A stretch of 61,616 nucleotides of DNA, filler included, from Choristocarpus tenellus KU-1152 (GCA_964200185.2; 13 parts of 13 records of this genome joined end to end with filler, not necessarily neighbours in it), one strand, 5' to 3'. Counted from the first letter of the whole stretch, positions 38,313-52,400 are shown. Notes: generated from the letters alone by a model not told the origin. Numbers and translations: made by a program.

Positions 38313-40652
38313 ACATCGCTGATATGGGGGAATTTGGAGCAGGACTGGCTGAGTGCAATGAGGGCGCCTGGCATGTAGCTCCTAACGACATTGATTACTT
38401 CCCTCAATACTACGTAAGTCATCATATGGTCAGTTGCTAATATTTTTATCTCGTAGTGATGTCCATCCACCTTCACAGTGGAAAGCACGCACTTGGTCAC
38501 ATAGTGCTTCGTGGTGTACTGAGCATGATCTGGGGCAAGCTGAGATTCTTGACTGTTCTCTGTGTCTGGTGGCAGTGTGCTTGGGCAATAGTGTGACGGT
38601 CTCTCTTCAAGATGATTAGAGTGAGATAACATTGAATTGTTTGACAATTAATGGTGAGAAATCACTATGATTGACTTGTATGGAAGATAATCGAGGTTGA
38701 AAGTTTTGAGGGGTTAGATTTGATCGTCTGTGTTTCCCTTGTATATATACGTGCTCTACCCCTGGCACTGGGCAATTCGTGCGGCTCAATTTGTGCACGG
38801 CACTTATTTTTCAAGTTTAATCAAGTTAATTGAAAACGTTTAAACTGATTTGCCCTATACTTCAGCAGACCTTTGGATGCACAATGGTAGTACATGACCT
38901 TTACCTGATCAAGTCTGTAACCGTGTAATGATTGTAAATGATACCTTTTCATAGGGCATAAGCTTGTTCGGGATGTGTAAGTGATCTAGAGGTATGTTAA
39001 CGATAGTACTTTTGGTAAAAAATATGATATTGAGTACTTTTATATAGTTCTGAGGTCTGTGTGGATGAAATGGTTGCGTTTACCCAACATGTGTACAACT
39101 CACACATTTCCTGCAGCTGCATGGCGTCAGAGGTAAAGAAAGCTGCAGTGGCTGGCATTTCACGCAGTTACTGAATCAATAGGGTGTGTGTAGTAACATG
39201 ACGTGCCAACCTCTTTACTACTATCATCTAGACACAAGAGTCCTAGAAGAACAAAATTGTGACCATAACATGTGTCATGTGTCCGACGGGTCTTGATTGC
39301 TGGTTAGACCAGGCTCTAAACACCATTTTGCTCACTTCCCTCCCCTCCTTCAGGTAAAGAGTGAGCATTCTATCATTCCATTCTAGTGTTTATGCATATT
39401 CCTCTGCATATTGCTTTACTGAACAAGCTCCAATACGGTTATTCGCCTTTGAGTAGTGGTGACTTGCCCAAGCATTGTTGAACTGGAGAAATATAGTTCT
39501 AGTGATTTCATACTCCTCTCCTGAGAAAGCTCAGGTCTACCATTTCCGCAACAGGAATGCGTTTCATAAGCTAGGAAGTATGAATATCTCACCTGTATCA
39601 TTTGAAGCATCTAGTATTGAATTACCTATATGTGATTATTGTTTGGTGGCTAGGCCTCCTCTACATCCAGAGAAACAGTTAACAATATCATCAAGGATAA
39701 CATCTTCCAGCCCATCTCTTCTTATTATTAGGAATTCCTCGAGAGTTTGTATGTCTGAACTACATTTCCAAACCTGTTCCCGTTCCCATGTGCCTGAGTG
39801 GAGGTGATGAGACTTTGTCATTAGTTTGACTCCATATTTGGCTTTTCTGTCGATCTTCACCTCTGCTGCAGGTGCTTGACTGTGCCAATGACCCAACAGA
39901 AATTGATCCAGCGAGCACATGGTATACATGCGAAGATGAGGATTGCTCTTTGCTTGTAGGTTCTATCACCACTCCATCTATTGTGTGTTCAACTGAAGCC
40001 TCGAGGGCCTCATCTGTTGAAGAAGGTACACACATCCAGGTTGACCTCGGACTTGGAACATAAAATGCACGGAACCCCGTTTCAGGAACAATGCGTGGTC
40101 TCTCCCTGGGTTGTTAATTGACACAGAACAGTAGTGAAGTTATTGAAGGTAGACAGGGTATTATGCTGTGCGCAATCCTTTCATAGGTGTGTACTGTGCC
40201 CAGTCTGGTTCATAGGTAAGGGAGATTGTGACCATGAGTGAAAGTATCTCAGAGGGTACGAGTTTTTCCCTGTTTGTCCATTTGGGGCTTGACTTCCCAC
40301 GGGTTTTTTAAGACATTTTCCTACTCCCAAAATGTTTAGGATTAGGCAAAATGTATACGCTATGAAAAGATGTGTCCGAAACAAGGATATTGATATCTCC
40401 TAACAATCGCGATAGCCAAAATTACATCAAAATCGCAACATTGGATTTTGGCCCCCAAATGGACGCGGCTCTACCGTCTAAGATACTTTGACTCCATAAT
40501 AAATCATTTTAGAACTTGGGCCCCCAATTATGGCACCTCAGATTCTTCAGGGACACCATTAGGTCTCATTATTGGTGCAGCTGGAGGCGGGGTGGTGGCA
40601 ATTTTCGCTATTGGGCTACTAGCAATCTGCCTTGTCCGACGAAAAAGAAAAG
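38313..40652 (+). CDS. Partial multi-exon gene for a Cys-rich single-pass membrane protein (exons 38313-38413?, 39048-39132, 39872-40025, 40542-40652)
   Basis: The last three exons splice in phase: SEVCVDEMVAFTQHVYNSHISCSCMASE|VLDCANDPTE...SSVEE|DSSGTPLGLIIGAAGGGVVAIFAIGLLAICLVRRKRK (TM helix plus basic stop-transfer). Confidence 0.7.
40236..40494 (+). mobile_element. MITE family A copy (intronic)
   Basis: (C)CAT|GAGTGAAAGTATCTC...TTTGACTC|CAT. Confidence 0.93.
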
Positions 40653-40893
40653 GTGAGCATTAACTACTGATAACCTTGAGCTGCCCACTCCATTTTGTTA
40701 AATGAGTATTGCATTCTAGGAGTGAAGAACAGTGAATGGTCGAAAATTAAAGCTTGTAGGACAACTAATTTTGGTACAGAGAGATCTCACCAAGGGAATA
40801 TATAGAATTGTTATCCGTGTCATTCTCAACTCCAAGTTCTGTGCTAGGTGCGGAGGTTTGCCAGGGTCTCCTTACATATTTCAGATAGCATGT

Positions 40894-40963
40894 TGCTCAA
40901 AGTATCTGGGAGGCGGTGGCGGCTGTCCATTTGGGGTCAATTTATTCATGTCGCAATTTTTGG
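40894..40963 (-). mobile_element. MITE family B end at contig break
   Basis: GCTCAAAGTATCTGGGAGGCGGTGGCGGCTGTCCATTTGGGG. Confidence 0.85.
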
Positions 40964-41093
40964 NNNNNNNNNNNNNNNNNNNNNNNNNNNNNNNNNNNNN
41001 NNNNNNNTTAATTAATTAANNNNNNNNNNNNNNNNNNNNNNNNNNNNNNNNNNNNNNNNNNNNGGGTCTTCCCGCTCCCCTTCATTACGAAGA

Positions 41094-41211
41094 ACCTGTC
41101 GGCTGTTTCCACCTGTTTCACAGTGGCGACGACGGCAGGATTCGAACCTGCCCGCGGTAACCGCAATTGATTTCCAGTCAATACCTGTCGGCTGTTTTCA
41201 CCTGTTTCACA
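41094..41211. repeat. 29-bp direct repeats (41094-41122, 41183-41211) flanking the tRNA half
   Basis: acctgtcggctgttt(c/t)cacctgtttcaca occurs twice, with 1 mismatch. Confidence 0.93.
41124..41182 (-). tRNA. tRNA-Ser 3' half (pseudo; anticodon reads GGA, CCA present)
   Basis: Reverse complement = ATTGA CTGGAAA TCAAT T GCGG TTA CCGC GG GCAGG TTCGAAT CCTGC CGTCGTC G CCA: anticodon arm, long variable arm, T arm, G73 and CCA; the D arm and 5' acceptor strand are absent. Confidence 0.88.
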
Positions 41212-43788
41212 TATCAACTGTATTATTTTTTGTGGTGATAGTGGTGGTAGTAGTATATTACTACCAGAAGTCACATCTACCGCTACAACCACTACTACCA
41301 CTGATCAGCAAGAAATCATTAATTGATAGTTTTATTGCATCCAGGTAGCTACAGTTCAGTAGTTCAGTGTAAGGATTTGTATAGACAGCCCTGACGAATT
41401 ATCAGTTGTTAAATAATTGTCGCCTTCACACTCATTTCGGTAGAGTACTGGTAGTACAGTAGTAATAGTTTGCACTTATTAATATTAACACAATTTACAA
41501 CAACGGTGAAGATGTGTTTCAGCAGCATGTAAAATAAACTACAACCGTGAAGATGTGTATACTCGGTCAAGTTATACCCTCCAACAGGATGAATCAGCGT
41601 GGGGGGTGGCCACCATTGGGTTTCTTGTACAAAGTAAGCCCTGTACAGGTGGACATGTCAACGCCAGCAATCCGTGAAGCTCAGTCCTAGTGCGGGTCAA
41701 AACAGAAAGGCTCTTTCATATGGTACGACCTCCACCTCGAAATACGCGTTCGTATACATCACTCTCTCAGGGACTTCCTTCTTGGCAAATGCGCAATTAT
41801 TCCTCGTCTGTGCTTCGAACCTCACAAAGATGTTCATGCTGTGGAAGTGTTCACGTCCGGAATTGATTTTAATGGTACTGTGGGCGATAGTCATCTGGAA
41901 TCCAACTGATTGGGTAAGCTGGTAAAATGTTATCATGGGTGGTCAAGTGTCTGGAGACAAGATTGTATTTATCCCACAACAAGGTCAATAATGAGTGAAG
42001 TATTGTTTTATATGCTGGTTGTGTAAAAGTACAGTACAGTCACAAAGACTAATTATACTGACGGAAATATCACAAATAACTGTAGAACTATTGTTGGAAG
42101 GCATGCTGTAAATCATGCAATTGTTCTCGTCAAAGATGTTGAATAGACCGTGGAATCCACAATCGCCGTCTTGAATGGTTGAAATCCTGGTGGAATCTCT
42201 GCTACACACCGTGAATTTTCAAACTTGCACACACACCTCTATCTACCGTGTCTATCGCTGGTCCCTTACAATGGAAAGGTGTGCGAGACCTTTCGTATCT
42301 GCTTTGGTTGTGTTGTTGGTGCTGAGGAAGACTTTGCAATAATTGTTTTATACAAAGACGGAAATAGGAGTGATAACAATGTACAGCCAGGAAAAAGATT
42401 GTGATCATATTCATCAGAATCACCGTTGTGGAATATGAATGGATAGAGTATCAAGTCTGTGACTGGTAAGACCACTATGTCATCAAAACGGTGTGAAGAG
42501 AATTGCTGACTGTCGGATTTGTACGAACTGCAGCAAGACAGGTTTGGTAAAAGGAGGTAGGGCTAAGATAATGGACATGGACATATCGTGAGGAATTTCC
42601 GAGGAAGAGGTAAAGGACACGAATAAAGAGAAGGTGACATGGTTCCCACTTGCAGAAGTGTTAGTGTGATACAAATGATAGCTACAGCGGTGCTTCACTC
42701 CTCTTCCGAGAAAGAGTATGGTGCCTATTCACAACACTATCAGCAATCCTCCTGCATCGCAGAAACAAAAGATTGACAGATCCATGGTCCAGACTTGATT
42801 ATACAACTCTGACTCAATCCCTAACCAAAATTGTATACTCGAGTATTTAATATTATTTCCTGGAAGACTGTGTGTGTGACACACGCGCGGCACCCTAGTC
42901 CCAAACCTCCTGCAACGAGGAAGCAGAAAACGGAATTAGCAGCATTCCAAACATTGTTATGCACCCTTAGCCTCGGTCCTCTCCTTAACGAAACAAATAT
43001 TTAAGGGAAAAAATACTTCCATGTCAGAGGAGATCAATACAAGTTTAGAATAATCAAGATTAGTGCGAACCTTATCCCAACATCTATTTCAGAGAGCAAT
43101 CGTATTTGTCAGTTTCATATGTGACTGTATCAACTCAAGATAGGTTACTTATATGCTGGAGGGTATGACTGAGTATTACTTTTTTTTTTTTTCGGTCCTA
43201 CCGCAGAAACAGCCTACCGCGTGATTATTATTTGATGTTTTGAATTTTGGTATTCAGTCAATTCTTCCTGACTTCTAACAGCTTAGCCTCCGACTAGTTG
43301 TTGTTTGTAGTTGGGGGCGACTTGACTGACATATCAAGGCCATGCAGTACCTCCTGGGGAGGTGCAGAGGCAAGGAGTAGGTGGCAAGTATCGCCTATAT
43401 CCATGTACACAGTTGCATTGACCTCCGTACTACTCTGGGGTAGGGAATAGTACATTAGTCAGCTGGGTGTCGCCTATGACTTGAACCATTCTACAGGCCC
43501 GAATGTCATTGCTCTTCATGTATGTGCTTGTCGCAATGGCCGGAGGACATAGAATTAGGTCCACAATCGTTGGGCCTAGTAGTCTCAATTTTTTTTTTGG
43601 GGGGGTTGCTGAGGGGGACTTTGACCCAAACCAACCGAGAGGTTTACAGAGATAAATTTCAAAGATCCCAAGAAAAGGCAGAAATATATAATTGGAAACA
43701 ATTGCAGAAAGAGCCTTGGTAGATCGTGGTGTCACTTTGTGTGTGGAATTGGGAATATCAATTTTGCGTGCATTGTTGTGCGCATAAA

Positions 43789-43842
43789 GGCTCAAAGTAT
43801 CTGGGGGGGGGTGGTGGCTGTCCATTTGGGGTCAATTTTTTC
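43789..43842 (-). mobile_element. MITE family B end at contig break
   Basis: GGCTCAAAGTATCTGGGGGGGGGTGGTGGCTGTCCATTTGGGG. Confidence 0.85.
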
Positions 43843-46315
43843 NNNNNNNNNNNNNNNNNNNNNNNNNNNNNNNNNNNNNNNNNNNNTTAATTAATTAANN
43901 NNNNNNNNNNNNNNNNNNNNNNNNNNNNNNNNNNNNNNNNNNGGGGGGGGGGGGGGGGGGATGGGTACACTGATTGGCTGGCAGGGGGTGACTTCTGGTG
44001 GTAACTAACGGTCGAATTGTGTGCTTGGTACTGGTGTAGATGTGATCAGAGTTTGTCGCATGTCATACAGCTGGAGCCGTATTACCTACTGTGCCTCCCA
44101 TATACCTCGATATGAAAAGGATTTATTGCCTGTTTTGATCTTGTTGGGTGATTGTTCAATGGGTGCCCTTGCGAGTGTGTGTTCTAGAGTTGCATCGCTT
44201 GTGCCAAAATGATGGGGTTGCTCCAGGGTGTAAGTAAGTCTATTGATCATTCCTGCTGCTGCAGCACTGACAGGGTCGCTGGGTGAGGTAGGTATCACTT
44301 TGGTCATGTTAGGAAGCCTAAATGACATAAAAGACATAAAGCTCCTTGAGGAGTGCTAGATGAAGAGGTGTGTCTTTCTGTAGTGATATTGAGAACACTG
44401 TATACTGTGAGACGTTGACTCTGATGCCAACCTCACAGGTCTACTTTTTAGGTATGCGAGACTGGAGACTGCAACAAAACGATCGTACGTGATAGCGGTT
44501 GATGCGATGTCAAGATGGAAGGCATACATAGGGGAGGCTGAAGGAGGTTGCATCCCATTGACTCGTTTTATTGCAAAACACATTTCTAATGTTTTCTTCA
44601 TCAGGTGACCTGCTGTATGCATCACCTCCTTGATAGTGTGAACCCATTTGGAGCTCTCGTATTTACGTACAACTTGACGGTACATACACTACACTATTCT
44701 CAATAGTGTAGATGGTATACATAAAGATGTTCAAGAAGTCAGAATAAAGTATACTGTGGACAAATCTGGGGAGGGGGGGGGAGGGGGGAGATCAAAGCTA
44801 CTCTTAGTTTTATTCGTATGCCTCCTGAACTTCCACCCTTCTTCTGTTGGTGCACTTGGTTATCATGATCCTTCAGTCAGTGGGAGCAACAAGAGTAATA
44901 ATAGCAGCGGATGCTGACTTCTACAAATAACTGAGCCAGTAGGAGTTTACAGGAGTCAATCCGTGAGCGAATGAAGCAGTAGGGTTCACTTATCAACGAG
45001 CGATAATGCTGCTGGAAGTACTGCTAGTTCTGTTTTTCACAATGTAGATATCACAACATGTCATCTAGATCCTATAATGATTTGTGTACTACTGCTAGTA
45101 GTGTCCCAGGTTGTGGAAGGGTTCCTTTAGAACACTGAATTTTAATGTGGAGGCGCAGAATGGTTGCTGCTTCAATCGCAGTGAGGTAGAGTGGACTATG
45201 ATGGGTTGCAGGCACCGAATCATACACATTGAAACTCTCGGCAAGGTTGAGGATGGTTTGCATGGCATTCAAGTTTCTTGCAGTCTGCACTGTGCTCCAA
45301 TATTAAGGGTGTGGACAGGTGGTTCTCAAAAACTGCCCAGGTAGTTGGTCCATGTCTCAGATTGCAGCTTGATTGCTTTGTTGAGTTAGAGGGCATGTCA
45401 TTGCTGCTGTTGTTGTTGCAGAGCGAAGGAGAGTTTGAGCATCCTCGCAAGCGACCACATTTTGCGGAAGGAGATTGTTCCACTTGGGTTTTGTACAAGT
45501 TCTCTTCACATTCAACTCTAGTGCACCCCCCAGAAAATTGTGGTTAAGTGCGTAGCCTTATGGATAGTGACGTGTCCTGTAAAAAATTCAGTAAATCTGT
45601 CACTGAAGGCAGTTTTCCCTTCCAGGGAATATGTGCGGGTTGAACCTGCTTGTTACCAGATTATTGTAAGGAAAACCTGGTTCCGATTATACAAAGTCCA
45701 TGCACGGCAAGCACTATGCTTAATAAGTGTCCACCTACCTATACCTGAATAATATATTATTTTATTATTATTGATCATATCCTGGTTAAGGGAACCTTCC
45801 CACGTGCACAGGACACTACGTGCTGAGGTTTAGGTAGGGAATGGGAAGTCAAACCAATTGAGAGGTAGGCAGGTTTGCTTATTAAAGGTCGCGAGAAAGG
45901 GCACAAAGACTCGATTTTGAGTAACTGAAGAAGCATTTGCTTAATTGTAGTTCTGCCAGTTAATGGCTGTTGCTTTCCTTTCACTCTCCCGCTTTGAACA
46001 ATAATCTTGTACCCTCCATTCTCTGAAGCATATGAAGTAAAACTGTGGAGCAATGGTAGATTGGTGTCAAAATACCGAGTAACCTACAAAAGAACATGAG
46101 TTTTCTCGACTTATGTGCTGAATCCAATAACTTCCCTATACTCATGTAAAACACTTTTCAAATGTTGAAAGGCGATAAAAAGATGGCGCATTTTTATGTT
46201 GATCCCTTGGCTACTATCCATTCCCTAGTCTATCGCCCTTAAACCAAGAAACATTTAAGATATACTGCCTTGGTCACCCTAGTGGATCCAGTAAAGGCAT
46301 CCTTCGTGCTTGGGT

Positions 46316-46331
46316 GGTGCTGAAAAGCACC
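46316..46331 (-). promoter_or_regulatory. Histone 3' stem-loop of H3
   Basis: Reverse complement GGTGCT-TTTC-AGCACC followed by ACCC, ~96 nt after the stop codon. Confidence 0.8.
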
Positions 46332-46427
46332 AGGTGCGTGTCACATAAAGGATGAGAACAAACAAGACTGGAGATGCTCGAGATGAAGTTATGCCGATTC
46401 AATGACAAGAAAGCTTGCTAATACTGC

Positions 46428-46871
<444 letters not shown>

Positions 46872-47155
46872 TTAGGGCTGATAAACTCTGTGCAGGTTGT
46901 GGGAGGTGAAAGGGTGACTTTGTGATATAGGTGGGTTTGGGTGTGATGAGGTAAGTGTCGGTTCAGGTATCAATTAAGAAATTTACTCAGGTTTGATTCG
47001 CCACAGAACCCTGCACCAATGAGACGCGATTATTGGCAACACAATTCAAACAATAACTGTACACTCATGCGGCTCCTGCATGTGTTCTTGGCACCCTCCT
47101 CTCACAACTCCAAGACCAAGTCGAGGGACCAAAACTAATCGCACTCAACTTCTAA

Positions 47156-47473
<318 letters not shown>

Positions 47474-47534
47474 GGTTGAAGTGTCCTAAGCAGCTGGAGT
47501 AGTTCCAATTACGATGTCCTATTCATCAACACCT

Positions 47535-47551
47535 GGTGTTTTTTCAACACC
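47535..47551 (+). promoter_or_regulatory. Histone 3' stem-loop of H4
   Basis: GGTGTT-TTTTC-AACACC followed by ACCC; 5' flank CACCT is shared with the H3 element. Confidence 0.75.
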
Positions 47552-48432
47552 ACCCTTGGATAAAGGAAATGTGTGTTCACCTCGACCTTACGTGGGTCGA
47601 GAAGAAAAAGTTAATTTATACTTTCTACTCTTGGATAATATATTATATACAGGCATGTCGAGGACTACAGAGCAAATTTTCTCGCCCAAAATGGGTAGAT
47701 CGGGCAGTCACCAAGGTTGGGTAACAATGAACCATGAGGCTGGTGCCCTGTAAAAGGAACGAGGGTACATCCAGATGGATGTGGAATGTATAGAATGCCT
47801 GAAAAAATAATGTATTATCCACAAACAATTGGGAAAACATTGAATTATCCAGGGTTTACTCAGGAACAACTATTGCACCATGCGATCTTAATCAGTTGCA
47901 TATTAGTTATTGTTCACAAGTCACTTTTTGTATCTCCTCTTGTCCATAGATCTATGCTGTGAGGAAAGAAATGTTTATGGGTTGGTTTGGGAATCCCTGT
48001 ATGTGGGACACATTGATTGGAAGCATGACTATTGTTTTGCCAGACTGTAATAGGTGTCAAATCATTATGATTCATATTGTTCGCTCTTTAAATTAGAGCA
48101 GTCCTACCTTGGAACATAATCTACTTACGTGATTTTGAGCTTTATATCTGTGCTTTACACCATTAATTCCCATACTGTATCTGTCCTGCTTGCATGTTTG
48201 TAGGCAAAGAGCTGTGTAGTACCTTGTACGACTGGATGGGAACCTTACCCAATACAACATTTGACACACAGTAACCCAGAAAAATCCTAGCAATTCCTCA
48301 ATCAACTGATTGATCAGCTACTACTTCGGTCATCAAAAAATCTGATTATTTTGCAATATCTGATCTACCACTAGTAATAATAATCTTTTCTCTCAAGTGT
48401 CTGTCCAAAAGCAACAGGTCCGTTTGCTCTCT

Positions 48433-48687
48433 GAGTCAAAGTATCTTAGAGGATAGAGCCGTGTCCATTTGAGGGCCAAAATCCAATGTTGCAGTTTGAT
48501 GTAATTTTGACTGTTGTGGTTATTACGATATGCCAATATCCTTGTTCCGGACACTCCTTTTCATAACGTACACATTTTACCTATTCCAAAACATTTTGGA
48601 GTAGGTAAAATGCCATCAAAAACCTGTGGGAAGCCAAGCCCCAAATGGACTAGGGAAAAACTCGTACCCTCTGTGATACTTTCACTC
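48433..48687 (-). mobile_element. MITE family A copy with CTCT TSD
   Basis: CTCT|GAGTCAAAGTATCTTAGAG...TTTCACTC|CTCT. Confidence 0.93.
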
Positions 48688-48889
48688 CTCTACCGTTTTT
48701 TGTTATGCAAAGATCGATCCAATTCAGTTTGAAACGATTCCATTTGAGAGGATATTGATCTTGAGTATTCTATCTAAATCTTATTTTGCCTCAACCACGA
48801 TTTAATTCACCATTCTAGTTCATCGTCTTTCGATGAATCTACCTTAGGTTGGAGGCGAGATGAGCAGTATATCTGAGAGCACAGCACAA

Positions 48890-49317
48890 ACCACTTTTCA
48901 CCGCTTCTGTGAGTGTTTTGTGCATGATATGTACTCTAAGTGCATTTATCTACAAGAGGGCGAAGATTTGGGGGAGGTCATGCGCACGTATGGAGCTGTG
49001 GGTTCCACTGATGTGACACATGTGTAGTGGGAGAGGGTGCCCATTAGTGATGCCCTGTATTACGTCGATAAGGAGGGTTACACAACAGTCGCCTATGAAG
49101 TTACCGTTGAACATAATGGATTTGCACGGGGAGTGACTGGTGGGTTTCCTGGAGCCAAAAACGATAAGACAATAAATAATTCAACATGACAATGCTATCC
49201 GGAAACTTTAGAATGACCCCGCATACAGACAGCTGGAGTACAATGCCAAGGACTCTTTCGGGAACTGTTACACGGAGAAAGGGACCTAAGTTGTTAGTGA
49301 TGGGGGCTACCACAAGG
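48890..49317 (+). pseudogene. PIF/Harbinger-type transposase remnant
   Basis: FHRFCECF...GAVGSTDVTHV*WERVP...YVDKEGYTTVAYEVTV...GFPGAKNDKTI...SDGGYHK. Confidence 0.7.
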
Positions 49318-49449
49318 TGATGGGAAAAACGTGACTGTAGGGCCAAGCGNNNNNNNNNNNNNNNNNNNNNNNNNNNNNNNNNNNNNNNNNNNNTTAATTA
49401 ATTAANNNNNNNNNNNNNNNNNNNNNNNNNNNNNNNNNNNNNNNNNNNN

Positions 49450-52400
49450 TACAAGCTGGTAGTAATGTGTACCATATCAACAGGAAACAAATGAGTAGCC
49501 TATGTTTTAACACCATCCCCCGTCCTTTGTATCCACCTCCAACACATCTTCCATCCATTTATATACATACGTGCGCTACTACAACAGGAACGGCGCGAAC
49601 AAAGATAAGGACATGACTCCGAAACGAGACCTGGTGATGTCCTGGATAGACTACTGGGCTGATACATACGGGCAGTTCATACCTCATAAGTCCACAATTG
49701 TGATCTACGCCACGAACAAAGAGGTAGGTTTTGCCCTTGGTTGTGGAGATGTTGATCGCACCCTGTGTTGGAGTTAGTTCCAAACCGTGTGACCCAGCAA
49801 TACGTAGAAGAAGTGGATCGAAGTAGTATTTCGAGTGATGGATGTTTATTGCTTTAACCGGTCTGATGTTATGGTTAAAAGAACATGTGAAGATTCGTAT
49901 CAAGGTTTTTTCTTTTGCTATGTCGAGATTACAATGTCGATGATGATACTCTTCGTCGCTTTTACGAAGGAAGACACAATAGCTGTTATTGCAACGTCAT
50001 GTACACCTACTCTGCAGCCCCGGGCCCGGTCTGACATTGGTAGCAAAAGTGTGTACTTCGTATGTCTAAAGCGCTTCGCAATGATGATGATGATGATGGT
50101 AGATTCGCCTCCTTTGCCGCTTCTGCAAACGGCGGCGAGGCCCGAACAGAATGACGTTCCTGGTGGATTTACGAAGATCATTATATTTGCTCTACTTTTG
50201 CAAAAACAAATTCCGTTACCCCTCTTGTTAGCTCCAATTAAACAATGCCTAAGTAAACATGGTACTATTTGCCAACTAACGACGGACAGCATCGTTTGGA
50301 GTGAAAGTATCTTAGAGGGTACATGCTTTGCCCTGTTTGTCCATTTGGGGCTTGGCTTCCCTCGGGTTTTTTTTGACATTTTCCTACTCCATAATATTTC
50401 GGAGTAAGAAAAATGGAGATGTTATGAAAAGGTGTGTTTGGAACAAGGATGTTGACATTTCCTAACAAACACGGTAGCCAAAATTACATTGAAATTGCAA
50501 CACTGGATTTTGGCCCCCAAATGGACGCAGCTCTGCCCTCTAAGATACTTTGGCTCTTTGCGCAGGTTGTAACCTTGTCTGCACAGCCACCCACCTTGTC
50601 CTCACAAGGCTTATCGACAAGTACAACAACAGCCTCGATCATGCGGGGAGTTGCATCATCCAGCACGCGCATTGGCAGGTAAGAAAGTTTCATCTTGACA
50701 CGACCTACTCAACACATACTCGCTGAATACGGGTCACCAAATAAAATAACTGCACGGTCTTTAGTTTTGGTTTGTGCGTTGCAACCTGCATGTATGATGG
50801 CGGTGATGTAGAGCTTGCACTCTAGCAGTACTGGAAACATACCCTGTTCCTCCACGAAATGCGGCTAAATGGGCTGACATATCGGCCTCACACCTATCCC
50901 TCCCTCGCTCCCAACTCCCCAGACTGGCGAGGTCGACAACAACGTCTCAGAGAACCAAGAAGAATTTCTTTCTCGGATATTCCGGGCTGTTGGTTGCGGC
51001 GAGTGTCATTCGTGTGGTCGAGATACATTTTATGATCGTCAGGCACACGCACATCAAAATCGATCAGATCTTCTCCTGGTAATTAGGCAAGATATACAAG
51101 TCCGATAGCCACATAGTGTTTTGATACGTTCAGATACTGCCTTGAGGCTTGCAGCTCGCGCTTGTTACATCCATGGAAGGTTTATGGTCATACACTATAA
51201 TTGATTATTTGGCTTTTGATTTTCCCCCAACAAAATTGAACGATAAGAGCAGCTGCCAAAACTGTTTCGTAACCTACTCTCGACACAAAACAATAAAAAA
51301 ATGTACGTATCACCCCTTTTTATATATACTTCCATATACATGCCTCGGAGCATGTGCCTGCATATATACATTGCTTCTCCACTTCGTTTCTTTCGGCCCC
51401 GCCTCAAAATTAACTTGCTTACATTTCACCTTCAGGTTCTCACGTGGTATAAAAGGGAAGAGCATATTCACAAGAACACAGCTGGGTGAAGAGCTGCAGA
51501 CCTCTTACACGGAGGTTCCAGTATACTGCAAGACCCTACGGAACGAGGGAAACTTCAAGGGACTCCTTCACGGTCGCGTCAACCGTGTCCCCAATATCAC
51601 GAGCTACAGGGCTTTTCGCGTTGAAAAATGCGGTGATGGGCGGGTTAAGGTTAGCGTGAAGCAATACATGCACAGCACCGAATGGAGTGGGATAGGCGGA
51701 GACCTTGCTATCGACTCCAATAACCCTCCGCACGACCTCTTCATCGGCCACCCGCCTCGTATCCAAGATGCACCACCCTACCAGCTCAAGAGCGTTCCCG
51801 AAGACGTCATCCTGAAGGTAGAGCAGTGGTACCAGGCGTCGCACGAGCGCCTCGCTGCTGCGCACCCATTGGGTAAGTCGATTTTATCGTGACGGGAGTC
51901 GATGGCTAATTTTTGTATTCGGTGGCAGCCAAAAAAATCTGGTGCAACTTCTGTACGAGGCAGCCTTTATCCCCTTTACAAAAACAATCTTGAAAAATAT
52001 TCCATTCTCATACGTAGTGATCGTCGCATGTCACAATAAAAAAGTACTATAGATTACCCCCGATAAATGTTTTGAGGGTACTGGTCTTGTACTCAACAGA
52101 CACGAATCCGACGAAATATACACCCTCCCTCTCACTGCATGCTCCCCGAGCGCATTCGTGAAAACTCACGCCTGGTTACAAAGTAACATTCATGCTTCCA
52201 TACCATTGATGTTCTCGTTCTCGTGGATTCCACCTTCGCAGACGATGAAGCCGTTCAGAGAGCGAAACACGAGCAAAGCGAGTCTGTGTGGCTTCTCAAA
52301 AGGACAGGGGAACGAGAGTTTGACCTCCCAGTCCATTGGCTTCCCACCGATGACGATGGCGCTGGAACTGGTACCAGCAATGTCGAAGACACCGACCAGG

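Noticed and set aside
41124-41182. Functional tRNA gene
   Set aside because: The 5' half, including the D arm and A box, is missing.
41094-41211. Mini CRISPR array (29-bp repeats with a spacer)
   Set aside because: Only two non-palindromic repeats, the 60-nt spacer is a tRNA half, no cas genes, and the context is eukaryotic.
44000-45600. Host gene or LINE remnant
   Set aside because: Fragmented frames with no diagnostic motif; no call can be supported.
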